Shown here: positions 39,348 through 50,275 of the stretch, one piece after another
Layout of the letters: each line of letters opens with the position of its first letter
Position numbering within the stretch: the stretch's first letter is position 1
Source: a virus
Strand: one strand, 5' to 3'
DNA: 64,000 bases
Virus record (IMG/VR): IMGVR_UViG_3300006793_000023
Span: 7,621 to 71,620 of that record
Made by a program: the position numbers and the translations under genes
Notes under the pieces: generated by a model
Database searches by the model: none
Seen by the model: only the letters and a program-made list of their open reading frames with translations
What the model was told of the DNA's origin: nothing

Positions 39348-39764
39348 ATGGCAGATAAAACTGAAGATAGAAAAGATTCTCAAGTTGTAGTCGTTCAGGC
39401 TAGAGGAGGAAAAGGTTTACAAGGGTATTTACTTTTTGCTATACTAGGAGGCTTTGTAGCCTGGATGGTATGGGGACAGTCGAAAATAGATGTAGATGTT
39501 AAAGCTTATCAAGATAAAATAGATAAGTTAGAGCAAAAAGTTGATTCATTGCATACTAAGAATAACCACTTGGAGGAAGAATCAGATTCTTTAGTAGCTA
39601 AAATTACAAGCTATACTAATAGAATAAATAATTTAAATTATAGAATTAATGTTATTAGAAAAGAAACTAAAGCAAAATTGGATGCTGTCAACAGTTATTC
39701 TTCTGATGAGTTACAACAGTTTTTCACAGACCGTTACGGATTCGACAAAGATAGTATTAACTAA
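39348..39764 (+). CDS. inner-membrane spanin-like coiled-coil protein
   Basis: TM plus coiled coil; overlaps the next ORF, downstream of the endolysin-like gene. Confidence 0.5.
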   Translation: MADKTEDRKDSQVVVVQARGGKGLQGYLLFAILGGFVAWMVWGQSKIDVDVKAYQDKIDKLEQKVDSLHTKNNHLEEESDSLVAKITSYTNRINNLNYRINVIRKETKAKLDAVNSYSSDELQQFFTDRYGFDKDSIN

Positions 39765-40080
39765 ACCAGTCGCTAAGTTAGTAATAAAAGATATAGTTGT
39801 AGGTGATCAATTAAAAATACAACTTAAAACAATAGAAGAGATTTTAAAACAGACCAACGGTAAACTAGAAACTCAATCTATACTGGTTACTAATTTAGAA
39901 AGTCAAGTTTTAAATTATAAAAGTATTATAGGAGAACTTAACTCTAAAAGTACAATTCAATCTCAACTTTCAAAAGATTTAGAAAAAGCCCTTAAAGCTC
40001 AGAAAAGAAGAACATTCCTTTATAAAGTAGGCACAATAGCAGGAGGAGTAGCAACACTTCTTCTTTTGGTACAGAAATGA
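39649..40080 (+). CDS. exported coiled-coil protein (possible spanin partner)
   Basis: Overlaps the previous gene; SFS-Q signal-like segment, coiled coil, C-terminal hydrophobic tail. Confidence 0.5.
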   Translation: MLLEKKLKQNWMLSTVILLMSYNSFSQTVTDSTKIVLTKPVAKLVIKDIVVGDQLKIQLKTIEEILKQTNGKLETQSILVTNLESQVLNYKSIIGELNSKSTIQSQLSKDLEKALKAQKRRTFLYKVGTIAGGVATLLLLVQK

Positions 40081-41300
40081 AAAATTTAAAAAAAGGAATA
40101 TTACCATTTTTAATAGCAACTTCTGCCCTGTCAGTATCTGCTTCGGCCGCTTTCTATTCAGTTAGCGGTCTTAGTAAGTTATTTGCTGGAGCATCTTTTG
40201 AAGTTATAATAATGGCCGGCTCTCTAGAAGTGGCTAAGTTAGTTATAGCGTCTCTCTTATATCAATATTGGGGTACATTAAACAAGCTACTTAGAACATA
40301 TTTAGTAGTGGCAGCAACAGTATTGGTATTAATTACTTCTATGGGTATTTATGGTTTTTTATCTGCCGCCTATCAAGAAACGTACTCTAAATTATCAGTA
40401 GTAGAAAATAAAAAAGGTTTTATTCAAAAGAAAATTGAATTTTATCAAAATGATGTAAATCGATATGATACGGAAATTGAAAGAATATCTAATAACATTA
40501 GTACTTTATCTAATGCAAAAACTTCGTCCATCCAAGTACGAGACACCTCGGTGGCTGGGGGCGTTAGAACAACAATCTCCACAACTGAGCTTAGAATGGC
40601 GCAGAGTCGTATTAACATTGAGGAGGAGAATCGCAAACTGGCACAAGAAAAACGAACAATAGCATCAGATAGTCTACAGAAGTTTCAATTACAAGTACTA
40701 GAATTAGATAATAATGCAGAAATAGCCGGAGAGTTAGGACCTTTACAGTATCTCTCAGGACTTACAGGTACACCTATGGATAAAATTATTAATATTCTAC
40801 TCCTTATAATAATATTTGTATTCGATCCTTTAGCAATATCATTAGTAGTCGCTGCTAACTTTGCTTTTGATAAAGCATATCCTAAGAAATTAAAAAATCT
40901 CTACGGTGAAGAAGAACATCCTGGAGACTTTGACGTTATAGCCAACTCTAAAAAATACTTTCCGGATAAAAAAAAAGCAAAAGGTTCAATCCCTAACGGA
41001 TTAAAATTTAATAAAGAGTACACTCAAGAAGAAGTATCAAATGCATTTAAAGAAATGGACGAAAAAAGAATGGATATTATAGGGCAAAATGGTAATGATG
41101 GATTACACTATGGAGAAGAATTCGATGAGGACCATGCTTTAGATATGGTACTTAATGATATGGTTAAAGACATGGAAGTAGTAGATGAAGAAGAGATCAA
41201 AAAAGAATTACAAAGAAAGATAAAATCTGTTCAGTCTATAAATAACTCTACCTGGAGAATTGTGTACAATGATAACTCTATTGAGTTCGTTGAGAAATAA
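40077..41300 (+). CDS. multi-TM coiled-coil membrane protein
   Basis: SAAFYSV.GL..LFAGA, LEVAKLV, TSMGIYGFLS and IIFVFDPLAI segments. Confidence 0.7.
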   Translation: MKNLKKGILPFLIATSALSVSASAAFYSVSGLSKLFAGASFEVIIMAGSLEVAKLVIASLLYQYWGTLNKLLRTYLVVAATVLVLITSMGIYGFLSAAYQETYSKLSVVENKKGFIQKKIEFYQNDVNRYDTEIERISNNISTLSNAKTSSIQVRDTSVAGGVRTTISTTELRMAQSRINIEEENRKLAQEKRTIASDSLQKFQLQVLELDNNAEIAGELGPLQYLSGLTGTPMDKIINILLLIIIFVFDPLAISLVVAANFAFDKAYPKKLKNLYGEEEHPGDFDVIANSKKYFPDKKKAKGSIPNGLKFNKEYTQEEVSNAFKEMDEKRMDIIGQNGNDGLHYGEEFDEDHALDMVLNDMVKDMEVVDEEEIKKELQRKIKSVQSINNSTWRIVYNDNSIEFVEK

Positions 41301-41365
41301 TATTTTTTAATATAGTTTGTACTTAAGTAATTATTTCGTATATTATAAGAATAAAAGAAGTATAT

Positions 41366-41593
41366 ATGAGTAAACTTATAGACATGCTGGAAAAGACAGC
41401 AGAAGCAGATAAAGCAAAAGCTTTACTTTCCTTAGATTTATTAAATAACAAAGCAGTAGGAATTGGAGATCATTCTACTTTAGATTTTTATAAGAACGCT
41501 GAAGAAGCATTAGCTATGTTAGTAGATGCTGACGATAGGTTAACTGCTTTAGATAAGTACTTTTCTAATAATAAGCAAACTCTAAACGGATAA
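41366..41593 (+). CDS. hypothetical phage protein
   Basis: VGIGDHS segment; follows a sigma70-type promoter. Confidence 0.6.
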   Translation: MSKLIDMLEKTAEADKAKALLSLDLLNNKAVGIGDHSTLDFYKNAEEALAMLVDADDRLTALDKYFSNNKQTLNG

Positions 41594-41848
41594 ATGAAAT
41601 TGCCAATTATAAAAAGTATAGCTACTGACTATACTCTCGCAGAAGCTGATCTCTACGCAGCAGTAAAAGTACTAGAAACAATAGGAGAAGCAAGAGGGGT
41701 ATCCGAAGAAGAACTAGATGTTATAGGAGAGCTTATATCTAATATAGAAGGAGCAAAAGTTGTAGTAGATCAAAACAGAAACTACAATATTCCTGTTAAA
41801 GACGCATTAAATAAGTTTATGAAAAGAGTTATTAATTCAATTAATTAA
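41594..41848 (+). CDS. hypothetical protein
   Basis: 84-aa ORF in the operon. Confidence 0.55.
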   Translation: MKLPIIKSIATDYTLAEADLYAAVKVLETIGEARGVSEEELDVIGELISNIEGAKVVVDQNRNYNIPVKDALNKFMKRVINSIN

Positions 41849-41856
41849 ATAGTTAT

Positions 41857-42303
41857 ATGAGCGACAGAGAAATAATGAACGCTAAAAAAGGAGAACCAAT
41901 TTCTGCTGGTTGTGATGTTGGCCAGTACCTTAACGAGGATACACAGAGCAAATCACCTGAAAAAGAAAAAAAAGCAAGTGAAATACTTAAAGAAGAATAT
42001 CCTACTATTTACGATGGTTATATGTCTATCATGGAAGAGCAGTTGGAGTTATTTAGTAAAAAACATTTGGACTACGGTATGCATAATATTACTGCTGGTA
42101 CTAGCCTTGCTAATGAAGATGAAAGGTCTTTCGCTCTCACAGGCCTATGGTATAGAATAAGTGATAAAGTTAATCGCTGGAAAAATATGATTATTACTGG
42201 CCGTAAAGCTCAAAACGAAACTTTAATAGATACGTATCAAGATCTTACTAACTACGGAATTATAGCTCAGTTAGTCGAAAGAGGTATGTGGAAAAATGAT
42301 TAA
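41857..42303 (+). CDS. DUF1599 / nucleotide-modification-associated domain protein
   Basis: F.KK..DYG..NI, R..DK..R..N and NE...DT..DL.NY.II motifs. Confidence 0.75.
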   Translation: MSDREIMNAKKGEPISAGCDVGQYLNEDTQSKSPEKEKKASEILKEEYPTIYDGYMSIMEEQLELFSKKHLDYGMHNITAGTSLANEDERSFALTGLWYRISDKVNRWKNMIITGRKAQNETLIDTYQDLTNYGIIAQLVERGMWKND

Positions 42304-42306
42304 CAC

Positions 42307-43245
42307 ATGCCAAAAAAGCTACCAAAAATAGTCAAGGAAGTTTGGGAGAGTAAAATCAAACAATCTCCTAAGACTAATAAACATATATCATACAGTCAAC
42401 TTTCAAGCTTTGCTACTTGTGAAAAGCAATGGTATTTGACGTATGTTAAGAGATTAGCTCCATACCAGCCTTCTATACATGCAGTATTTGGAACTGCTAT
42501 GCATGAAACTATTCAATCTTGGTTAGAGGTACTGTACCACGATAAAGTAAAAACTGCTAACGAAATGGACTTAGATGCTTTATTATATGAAAATATGATA
42601 AAAGCTTATAAAGGGCAGAAAGCTCAAAACGCTCATGAGCATTTTACTGATCAAAAAGAAATGAATATGTTCTATCTCGATGGTAAACATATTCTTAATT
42701 TTTTAAAGAAAAAGAGAGGTGGATACTTTAGTACTAAGGGAGTATATTTAGCAGGGATAGAGACACTCCTGTACCAAGAGTTACGCCCTGGAGTAGTATT
42801 TAAAGGCCTTATCGACTTAGTATTCTACGATGAAAGAGTAGATGAATGGACAATCATGGATATTAAAACATCTACATCAGGATGGAATAAGTTTGCTAAA
42901 AATGACGATAAAAGAAAATCACAGATTTTACTATATAAAGAATTTTTCTCAAGGCAATTTAGCATTCCTATAGAAAAAATAAACGTTGAATACTTTATAG
43001 TAAAGAGAAAAGTACCTGTAGAAGCTGAATTTGCATCAATGCAAAAAAGAGTTCAAGAGTTTAGACCTACTGATGGTCCCCGTAAAATGAAACAAGCTGT
43101 TGATCTTATGGAAAATTTTGTACATAAAGCAGTTGATATAGAAGGTAATTACATTGATAAAGACTATCCAACTAGTCCATCTAGAGATGCATGTAGATTT
43201 TGTGCGATTAAGGAAATGAGACTCTGTCCTGATGCAGTTTTTTAA
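42307..43245 (+). CDS. PD-(D/E)XK RecB/Cas4-like exonuclease
   Basis: ISYSQL...C, FGTAMH, KGLIDLV, IMDIKT, Q..LY and C-terminal CRFC...C motifs. Confidence 0.85.
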   Translation: MPKKLPKIVKEVWESKIKQSPKTNKHISYSQLSSFATCEKQWYLTYVKRLAPYQPSIHAVFGTAMHETIQSWLEVLYHDKVKTANEMDLDALLYENMIKAYKGQKAQNAHEHFTDQKEMNMFYLDGKHILNFLKKKRGGYFSTKGVYLAGIETLLYQELRPGVVFKGLIDLVFYDERVDEWTIMDIKTSTSGWNKFAKNDDKRKSQILLYKEFFSRQFSIPIEKINVEYFIVKRKVPVEAEFASMQKRVQEFRPTDGPRKMKQAVDLMENFVHKAVDIEGNYIDKDYPTSPSRDACRFCAIKEMRLCPDAVF

Positions 43246-43286
43246 AAAAGGTATATATTTATATATGTAGATAAAAGTTAAAAGTT

Positions 43287-43466
43287 ATGAGAAATAAAGA
43301 CAAAAAACTAACATCCGTTAGATTAGATCCAGATCTTTATGATGAATTTAAATTCCAGTGCTTGAAAGATAATTTTTCCTTTCAAAAGCTTGCCTCTCGA
43401 GCAATTTATCTTTATCTTAATGATAAGGACTTTAAAAATAAGTTACAAAAACAACTATTAAAATAA
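43287..43466 (+). CDS. small ribbon-helix-helix-like protein (59 aa)
   Basis: LTSVRLDPDLYDEFK...SFQKL..RAIYLYL; below the track length cut-off. Confidence 0.55.
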   Translation: MRNKDKKLTSVRLDPDLYDEFKFQCLKDNFSFQKLASRAIYLYLNDKDFKNKLQKQLLK

Positions 43467-43475
43467 ATAAGTTAC

Positions 43476-44921
43476 ATGAAAAATAAGTTTCGTTACCTAA
43501 AGCAAGAAGATCGTAAAAAAATCTTACTTCTCTGTGATGATATTAGAATGAATTCCGGTATAGGGAATATGGCAAAAGAAATAGTTTTAGGTTCAGCTCA
43601 CCATTTTAATTGGGTTAATTTAGGAGCAGCATTAAAACATCCTGATGAAGGTAAAGCATTTGACTTATCAGCGCAAGTTAACCAAGAGGTGGAAATAGAG
43701 GATGCTTATGTAAGATTAATTCCTTCAACAGGTTATGGAGACCCTAAAAAAGTAAGGGAGGTAATAGCAGTTGAAAACCCTGATGCTATTTTAATATTTA
43801 CTGATCCTAGATATTGGACTTGGTTATTTGAAATGGAAAGAGAAATAAGATCTAAAATTCCAATTTTTTGGCTAAACATATGGGATGACTATCCAGCTCC
43901 TCTTTATAATAAGCCGTACTACGAATCTGTAGATGTTTTGATGGCTATTTCTAAACAGACGAAAAATATAAATGAAATAGTATTAGGAGATAAAGCAAAG
44001 GAAAAGATTATTGAGTATGTTCCACACGGTATAAATACTAAACATTTCTTTCCTATTGAGGAAGGTACTGAGAATTACGATAAACTAGTAGACTTTAAAA
44101 AAGCAGTTTTAAATAATAAGGATATAGAGTTTGTTTTATTTTACAATTCTAGAAATATTCGTAGAAAAAGCACAGCAGATACTATATTGGCTTACAGGTT
44201 ATTCTGTGATAGGATAGGTAAAGAAAAAGCAAAAAAATGTGCTTTCATCCTACATACAACTCCTAAAGATCAACATGGTACAGATTTGAAAGCTGTCAGA
44301 GAAGCATTCTGTGACCCAAGTTACGTTAATGTATTCTTCTCTTCAGATAAATTATCAGTAGCGCAACTAAATCTACTGTATAATATGGCAGATGCCACTA
44401 TTCTTCTTTCTTCTAATGAAGGTTGGGGATTATCCCTTACAGAATCGTTAGTGACTGCTACCCCTATAATAGCTAATGTTACAGGTGGAATGCAAGATCA
44501 AATGAGATTTGAATCCGACGGTAAATGGATAGATTTTACTCCTGATTTTCCTTCTAACCATAGAGGTACGATTAAAAAATGCGGAGAATGGGCTACCCCT
44601 ATCTTTCCTTCCAACACATCAATAGTAGGTTCTTTACCAACTCCTTATATATTCGATGATAGATGTTCACCTGAAGATGCCGCCGCAGCAATAGAAAAAG
44701 TCTATAACTTATCAGACGAAGAGAGACGTACTGCAGGAAAAGCTGGATATAAATGGGCATTAGGAGACGAAGCTAGGCTTACAGCAGAGGGTATGAGTAA
44801 TAGAGTTATAGAGGTATTAGATAAAGGGTTTAATGAATTTACTCCAAGAAAGTCATTTGATTTTCATTTAATAAAAGATATAGAAGCAAATTATATAGAA
44901 CATAAATTAACAGGTTATTAA
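43476..44921 (+). CDS. GT-B (GT4-like) glycosyltransferase
   Basis: YVPHG, SRN.RRK and SNEGWGL...ES motifs. Confidence 0.85.
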   Translation: MKNKFRYLKQEDRKKILLLCDDIRMNSGIGNMAKEIVLGSAHHFNWVNLGAALKHPDEGKAFDLSAQVNQEVEIEDAYVRLIPSTGYGDPKKVREVIAVENPDAILIFTDPRYWTWLFEMEREIRSKIPIFWLNIWDDYPAPLYNKPYYESVDVLMAISKQTKNINEIVLGDKAKEKIIEYVPHGINTKHFFPIEEGTENYDKLVDFKKAVLNNKDIEFVLFYNSRNIRRKSTADTILAYRLFCDRIGKEKAKKCAFILHTTPKDQHGTDLKAVREAFCDPSYVNVFFSSDKLSVAQLNLLYNMADATILLSSNEGWGLSLTESLVTATPIIANVTGGMQDQMRFESDGKWIDFTPDFPSNHRGTIKKCGEWATPIFPSNTSIVGSLPTPYIFDDRCSPEDAAAAIEKVYNLSDEERRTAGKAGYKWALGDEARLTAEGMSNRVIEVLDKGFNEFTPRKSFDFHLIKDIEANYIEHKLTGY

Positions 44922-44922
44922 G

Positions 44923-46212
44923 ATGAGCAAACCAAGTATAGTTGTAAGCTGCCCAGTAGATACATATAGCGGGTACGGAGCAAGAGCAAGAGATTTTGTT
45001 AAAGCATTAATAGATATAGATGAGTACGATGTTAAGATATTAGCTCAAAGATGGGGCGAAACCAGATGGGGATATTTAGCCGACCATAAAGATACTGTAC
45101 TGACACCTAGAATAATTAACCAATTAACGAAACAACCAGATGTATGGATTCAAATATCAATTCCTAATGAATTCCAAAAGGTAGGTAAGTATAATATAGG
45201 AGTTACAGCAGGTATAGAAACTACCTTATGTGATCCTTCTTGGATTAAAGGAGCAAACAATATGGACTTAATACTAGCTTCATCTAACCATTCTGTAGAA
45301 TCTTTCAAAAGAAGTAAGTACGATATTAAAGATGATAGAACTGGTCAGATAAAAGACCAACTAGAATTAACTACTAAGATAGAGGTACTATTTGAAGGAG
45401 CAGACTTATCTAAATACTTCCCAATTTCAAAATCTAGAAGTTTAACCGATATAGAAAAGAGGTTAGATACGATACCTGAATCATTTTGTTTCCTAACTAC
45501 AGGACACTGGATGCAAGGAGAATTTGGAGAAGATAGGAAGAACTTAGGAGTCACTATCAAATCGTTTTTAGAAACATTTAAAAACAAAAAAAATAAACCT
45601 GCATTAATAATGAAATGTCATAGTATGACTACTTCTATAATGGATAGGGAAAGAATATTAGAACGTATAGATTCTATAAGAAGCACAGTCAAAGGAAGCC
45701 TTCCTAATATATACCTCCTACACGGAGAAGTATCTGATACTGAAATGAATTTGCTTTACAACCACCCTAAAGTAAAAGCATTTGTTTCCCTACCGAAAGG
45801 AGAAGGATTTGGAAGACCGTTTCTAGAGTTTAGTTTAGTAAATAAGCCAATAATTGCTTCTTTCTGGTCAGGTCAAAAAGACTTTCTTAACGTAGATTTC
45901 ACTAAATTTATCAGCGGTCAACTTAAACCAGTTCACTCTTCAGCAGTAGTTAAGAATATTATACTAAAAGAATCTGAATGGTTTACTCCTGATCCTATAG
46001 AGATAGGAAAAGCATATAAAGAAGTATATAAGAATTATAAAAAGTGGGCCAGTAAAGCTAAGAGACAGGGACATAAGAATAGAGCTGAGTTTAGTTTTGA
46101 CGCAATGACAGAAGTCTTAAAAGAGTTACTAAAAAATAATTTACCAGAATTTCCTAAGCAGGTAGAATTAACTTTACCTAAACTAGAGCTACCTAAATTA
46201 AAGATGATATGA
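44923..46212 (+). CDS. GT-B (GT4-like) glycosyltransferase
   Basis: YSGYG, DRKN and KGEGFGRPFLE motifs. Confidence 0.85.
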   Translation: MSKPSIVVSCPVDTYSGYGARARDFVKALIDIDEYDVKILAQRWGETRWGYLADHKDTVLTPRIINQLTKQPDVWIQISIPNEFQKVGKYNIGVTAGIETTLCDPSWIKGANNMDLILASSNHSVESFKRSKYDIKDDRTGQIKDQLELTTKIEVLFEGADLSKYFPISKSRSLTDIEKRLDTIPESFCFLTTGHWMQGEFGEDRKNLGVTIKSFLETFKNKKNKPALIMKCHSMTTSIMDRERILERIDSIRSTVKGSLPNIYLLHGEVSDTEMNLLYNHPKVKAFVSLPKGEGFGRPFLEFSLVNKPIIASFWSGQKDFLNVDFTKFISGQLKPVHSSAVVKNIILKESEWFTPDPIEIGKAYKEVYKNYKKWASKAKRQGHKNRAEFSFDAMTEVLKELLKNNLPEFPKQVELTLPKLELPKLKMI

Positions 46213-46940
46213 TAAGAACAGACGGAGATAGAGAATTATTAGATGATCCAAATTTATCTATTATTAAAAACCATCAGGCAAAGTATGGGGGTTTAGGTAT
46301 TGGAGTAGAAGAATGGGATGTAGAAAAAGATAGTAGGGTATTAGAGTCTTCCTGGGTTGCCAGGTATAACCATGAAGCTAATATACTGTGTAATATAATT
46401 AAAGACAATAATATTTCTAAGGTATTAGAACTAGGTAGCGGCCCAGGAAGATTAGCAGATACTATCCAAAAAGGATTAGATTCAGAGATTATTTACGACT
46501 TAGTAGATAAACCAAACGCTAAATTACAAAATGATAAATTTAATTATAAATGTAATAAATTCTTTGTTAAAGATCTTAACAATGGATTTGACACTAGCGG
46601 TTTAGAAGATGAATATGATCTTATTATTGCTAATGACTTTTTAGAACATATTGCTAATGTAACAGACTGTTTAGTAAGCTGTTACAATAAAGGCTCAGAC
46701 AACAGTAAGTTATTCATAAGTGTTCCAAACTGGCGTATGGGTCATTCATTTCAATATAGGGGATTATTTGATTATGATAATTGGGTTTATACTATGGAGG
46801 TACATGGTTGGAAAGTAGAAGGAGTATATAATTCTAATTTAGCATGTAAGTATGCTGATAAATTATCATCAGAGAGTTCTATGCCTGATCAATTAATACA
46901 GTCATGGAATTGGTATTTTCTAGCATCTAAAAAAATATAG
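46209..46940 (+). CDS. class I SAM-dependent methyltransferase
   Basis: VLELGSGPG, YDLII..D.LEH and SVPN motifs. Confidence 0.85.
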   Translation: MIRTDGDRELLDDPNLSIIKNHQAKYGGLGIGVEEWDVEKDSRVLESSWVARYNHEANILCNIIKDNNISKVLELGSGPGRLADTIQKGLDSEIIYDLVDKPNAKLQNDKFNYKCNKFFVKDLNNGFDTSGLEDEYDLIIANDFLEHIANVTDCLVSCYNKGSDNSKLFISVPNWRMGHSFQYRGLFDYDNWVYTMEVHGWKVEGVYNSNLACKYADKLSSESSMPDQLIQSWNWYFLASKKI

Positions 46941-46965
46941 TAATAAAAATTAAATAAGTTATAGT

Positions 46966-47415
46966 ATGAATAAAGATAAATTAGTAGAAGGTCCTTTTGG
47001 CAGTAATGCATGTTATGAACAGACTTTTGATAATAATGGTGAATCTGTAACAACATGGCTATGTTTTGGTAGCGGTTTTACTACATCCACTTTAATGACT
47101 AAAAATAGCCCTACAGTAGAGAACGCTATTAAAACTTCCCCAGAACTCTACAAAGACCTAATGTTTGAAGATACAAACGGAAGAGTATGGTTACCAGCTA
47201 CAATTACACTTCCAGAAAAAGGTATGGTATTTATTGACGGTACCTCAAAAGAGAATTGGAAGTGGGCTGGTGTAAAAGCTATACCTATATCTGAACAAGA
47301 TAAGAAAGTAGATGAAAATCAGACTCATAAAATGGATATGAAAAACTTAAAACATTTTGAGCAGAAAGATTTTATGGAAGCTGCAGATTTTATAGGAATG
47401 TTTAGTTTAGTATAA
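46966..47415 (+). CDS. hypothetical protein
   Basis: 149-aa ORF. Confidence 0.6.
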   Translation: MNKDKLVEGPFGSNACYEQTFDNNGESVTTWLCFGSGFTTSTLMTKNSPTVENAIKTSPELYKDLMFEDTNGRVWLPATITLPEKGMVFIDGTSKENWKWAGVKAIPISEQDKKVDENQTHKMDMKNLKHFEQKDFMEAADFIGMFSLV

Positions 47416-47437
47416 ATATATTTCGTATATTATTAGT

Positions 47438-48061
47438 ATGAAAATAAGTTATGCAATAACAGTTTGTAACGAATACGAAGAGATTCAAAAGTTAATATCT
47501 ACTCTGATGTTAAATACAAATGAGGAAGATGAGGTAATAGTCCTATTTGATAAAAAAGCTGGAACAGCAGAAGTATGGGAATACTTAGTAGGACTTCAAA
47601 GCCAAGACTTAATTAAAGCATACCCTAAAACTTTTAAAGGGCACTTCGCAGATTGGAAAAACCATCTTTCAAGTTTATGCTCTGGAGATTTTATATTTCA
47701 AATTGATGCTGATGAATACCCTAGTGAGGAGTTACTAAAAACACTTCCATTTTTACTTGAGATGAATAAAGATGTCGATGTAATATTAGTTCCGAGAGTA
47801 AATACGGTAGAGGGTTTAACTCAAGATCATATTGCTAAATGGAGATGGAGTGTTAACGAAAAAAATTGGGTAAATTGGCCTGACTATCAGTGGAGAATAT
47901 ATAAAAACTTAGATAAAATTAAATGGATTAATAAAGTTCATGAACGTTTAGACGGATTCGATCAATATGCTACACTGCCTATGGAAGAAGGTTTTGCTCT
48001 CTACCACCATAAAGGTATCGAGAGGCAAGAAAAGCAAAATAATTTCTACGATACATTGTAG
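47438..48061 (+). CDS. GT2 glycosyltransferase
   Basis: ISYAITVCNE, QIDADE (DxD), WPDYQ.R and VHE motifs. Confidence 0.85.
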   Translation: MKISYAITVCNEYEEIQKLISTLMLNTNEEDEVIVLFDKKAGTAEVWEYLVGLQSQDLIKAYPKTFKGHFADWKNHLSSLCSGDFIFQIDADEYPSEELLKTLPFLLEMNKDVDVILVPRVNTVEGLTQDHIAKWRWSVNEKNWVNWPDYQWRIYKNLDKIKWINKVHERLDGFDQYATLPMEEGFALYHHKGIERQEKQNNFYDTL

Positions 48062-48096
48062 TAATAGTTATAAATAAAAATTAAATAATTTTATAG

Positions 48097-48729
48097 ATGA
48101 GTAAAGATTTAGTAGTATATATTGCACATATAGATGATTTTGAGTGTGCAGTCTACGGGTACGTTTTAAATCACTATAAGAAGTATAATAAAGTTAAAAT
48201 TATTACTGCTACAACATGGCCAGCTAAAGTTAAAGTATGGGAAAAGAATAAAAGTGAATTTCCTGAAGAGCTTCAAGATAAGTTAGTAGATATTAACTTA
48301 GGGTATGAAGCAAGAACTTTGTGGAAAAATCTAGACGATATGAAAGATGACTTTTATAAGTTGATGGACTTTTCTTCTAGGTTTGACCTGATATCTCACG
48401 ATTCAGCAGACTGTCATACAGATCATACAGCTTGTTTCGCTGTAGCTAAAGGAATGTACAAGTACTGTAACAGGTTTATAACTATATATTCTCCTTCTTC
48501 TGCTGGATTAAACCCTAATTTCTTCGTAGGTATGACTGAAGAACAGTATAGTATTAAAAAGAAAGCATTAGATAGGTACGATATTCAAAAAGAACAATCG
48601 TATACAAAGTTAGGGTACTATTTACAAAGTGAGGAACATTATAACATAGGAAGAGCTCATGTATTAGAAAATTACGTATTTGACGACTATCCGTATTATG
48701 AAGTTTATAAGATACTAAAATGGTTATAA
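48097..48729 (+). CDS. PIG-L/LmbE-like N-deacetylase
   Basis: AHIDD.E and H...D.HTDH metal-binding motifs. Confidence 0.7.
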   Translation: MSKDLVVYIAHIDDFECAVYGYVLNHYKKYNKVKIITATTWPAKVKVWEKNKSEFPEELQDKLVDINLGYEARTLWKNLDDMKDDFYKLMDFSSRFDLISHDSADCHTDHTACFAVAKGMYKYCNRFITIYSPSSAGLNPNFFVGMTEEQYSIKKKALDRYDIQKEQSYTKLGYYLQSEEHYNIGRAHVLENYVFDDYPYYEVYKILKWL

Positions 48730-49295
48730 GTATTCATCAACCAGAGCATTTTCCCTATATGGGATACTTTCAAAAAATGGCTGAAGCAGATATGTTTGTC
48801 ATTTTAGATAATGTTAATTACAGGAAAAACTACTACCAGAATAGAAATAGGTTTTTAAATACTAATGGAGTTGAAGAATGGTTTTCTATACCAGTAGAGA
48901 AAGATGCTACTAAAAAGTGGATCAAAGATGTAGCAGTTAACAACAGCCAAAATTGGCGCAAAAAACTACTAACTAAATTAAATCAAAATTTTAAATTAGA
49001 TTTAGAATATGTATACGATTCTTCTAATTTATTAGAAATAAATACTAGAAGTATAGAGTGGGGTAGAGATAAACTAGGAATAAAAGTTCCTATAGTAAAT
49101 GCTTCAGACCTAGGTGTATCTGGAAATAAAAGTGAGTTACTAGCTAATATATGTAATAAGTTAAACGCTACTAAATACATATCAGGCCCAAGCGGAAAAG
49201 ACTACCTAGACTTAAGTTACTTTAATGGAATAGAAGTTGAGTTTTTTTCACCAAAAGTTGATAATTACTTTAGCAGTTTATATAATTTAAGTTAA
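48720..49295 (+). CDS. WbqC-family protein
   Basis: IHQP...P..GYF.K....D.FV.LD.V, QNRN and YISGP.G.DY motifs. Confidence 0.85.
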   Translation: MVISIHQPEHFPYMGYFQKMAEADMFVILDNVNYRKNYYQNRNRFLNTNGVEEWFSIPVEKDATKKWIKDVAVNNSQNWRKKLLTKLNQNFKLDLEYVYDSSNLLEINTRSIEWGRDKLGIKVPIVNASDLGVSGNKSELLANICNKLNATKYISGPSGKDYLDLSYFNGIEVEFFSPKVDNYFSSLYNLS

Positions 49296-50275
49296 TGGAT
49301 ATACGTTACGCAACATCAGAAATGGAATTTGCAGGTAAACTACCTGATAACTATCCATACATGAGAGTATTAGAAACACAGTTACGTTTTTTAGATTTAG
49401 ATCATATTCCACTATTTCATATTCTTCAATCAGACACTAAATACGAAGGAGGTATTATGTTTAATATAGGTAAAGGAGGATTAGATAAAGCTTATATCAA
49501 TATCCTTTACAGTAAATTTAATAATGTAGTAGAGCAACTTAAATCTAAATTTAGTAAAGTATACATTTATCAAGATGGAGAAATAGGTTGGTGGAATCAA
49601 ACAGATGTTAAATTGCAAGTATGGTGGTATAATCAACTATCCTCATCAGACGGTATACTAGTTCCAAATTCTACAGATGTCTGTTTTTATAGAGGCATCT
49701 TTAAAGACATACCAGTACGTGTTATAAGAAGTGTAATGACTGATGTAGGTTTAGATAATACAAAATTTAAAGAGAAATCAGGTAGAACAATTATTACAGG
49801 GCCTTTAACAAGAGAGTATAACGGATTAGTACAGGTTTTATTAGCACATAATTATGGACTTCCTATTGATATTCCTCCTATGGGACAGAGCAGAATGCCA
49901 AAAGATTCGTGGGAGATGGCTAATAACATCGGGGTTAGGTACCTTCCTTATATGTCATGGATAGAATGGATGTATAATCTCAATCAATATGAACTAGGGT
50001 ATATGATGTCTACCGCAACAGCTTCTGGATCTTTTGCTTTGAATTGTGCATACTTAGGCATCCCGTGCATAGGAGATAAAAGAGCAGATACACAATCAAT
50101 GCTTTTTCCTGACTTAGCAGTGAATAGTCTAGATACTCAAACAGCATTAGAGTTAACCCTTAAACTTAAAAAGGATAAAGAATTTTACAACTCAGTTATT
50201 AAGAAAGCTAAGTTGGTACTAAAAGAAGAATTTAATAAAAGTAAAATGTTAAAAGTATTGTATGAAAATAATTAG
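49295..50275 (+). CDS. glycosyltransferase-like protein
   Basis: GT-B-like C-terminus (SG.F.LNCAYLGIPCIG) in the GT cluster. Confidence 0.55.
   Translation: MDIRYATSEMEFAGKLPDNYPYMRVLETQLRFLDLDHIPLFHILQSDTKYEGGIMFNIGKGGLDKAYINILYSKFNNVVEQLKSKFSKVYIYQDGEIGWWNQTDVKLQVWWYNQLSSSDGILVPNSTDVCFYRGIFKDIPVRVIRSVMTDVGLDNTKFKEKSGRTIITGPLTREYNGLVQVLLAHNYGLPIDIPPMGQSRMPKDSWEMANNIGVRYLPYMSWIEWMYNLNQYELGYMMSTATASGSFALNCAYLGIPCIGDKRADTQSMLFPDLAVNSLDTQTALELTLKLKKDKEFYNSVIKKAKLVLKEEFNKSKMLKVLYENN

Noticed and set aside
42307-43245. Cas4-like nuclease as evidence of a CRISPR-Cas system
   Set aside because: No cas1, cas2 or array is present; stand-alone RecB/Cas4-like nucleases are common in phages.
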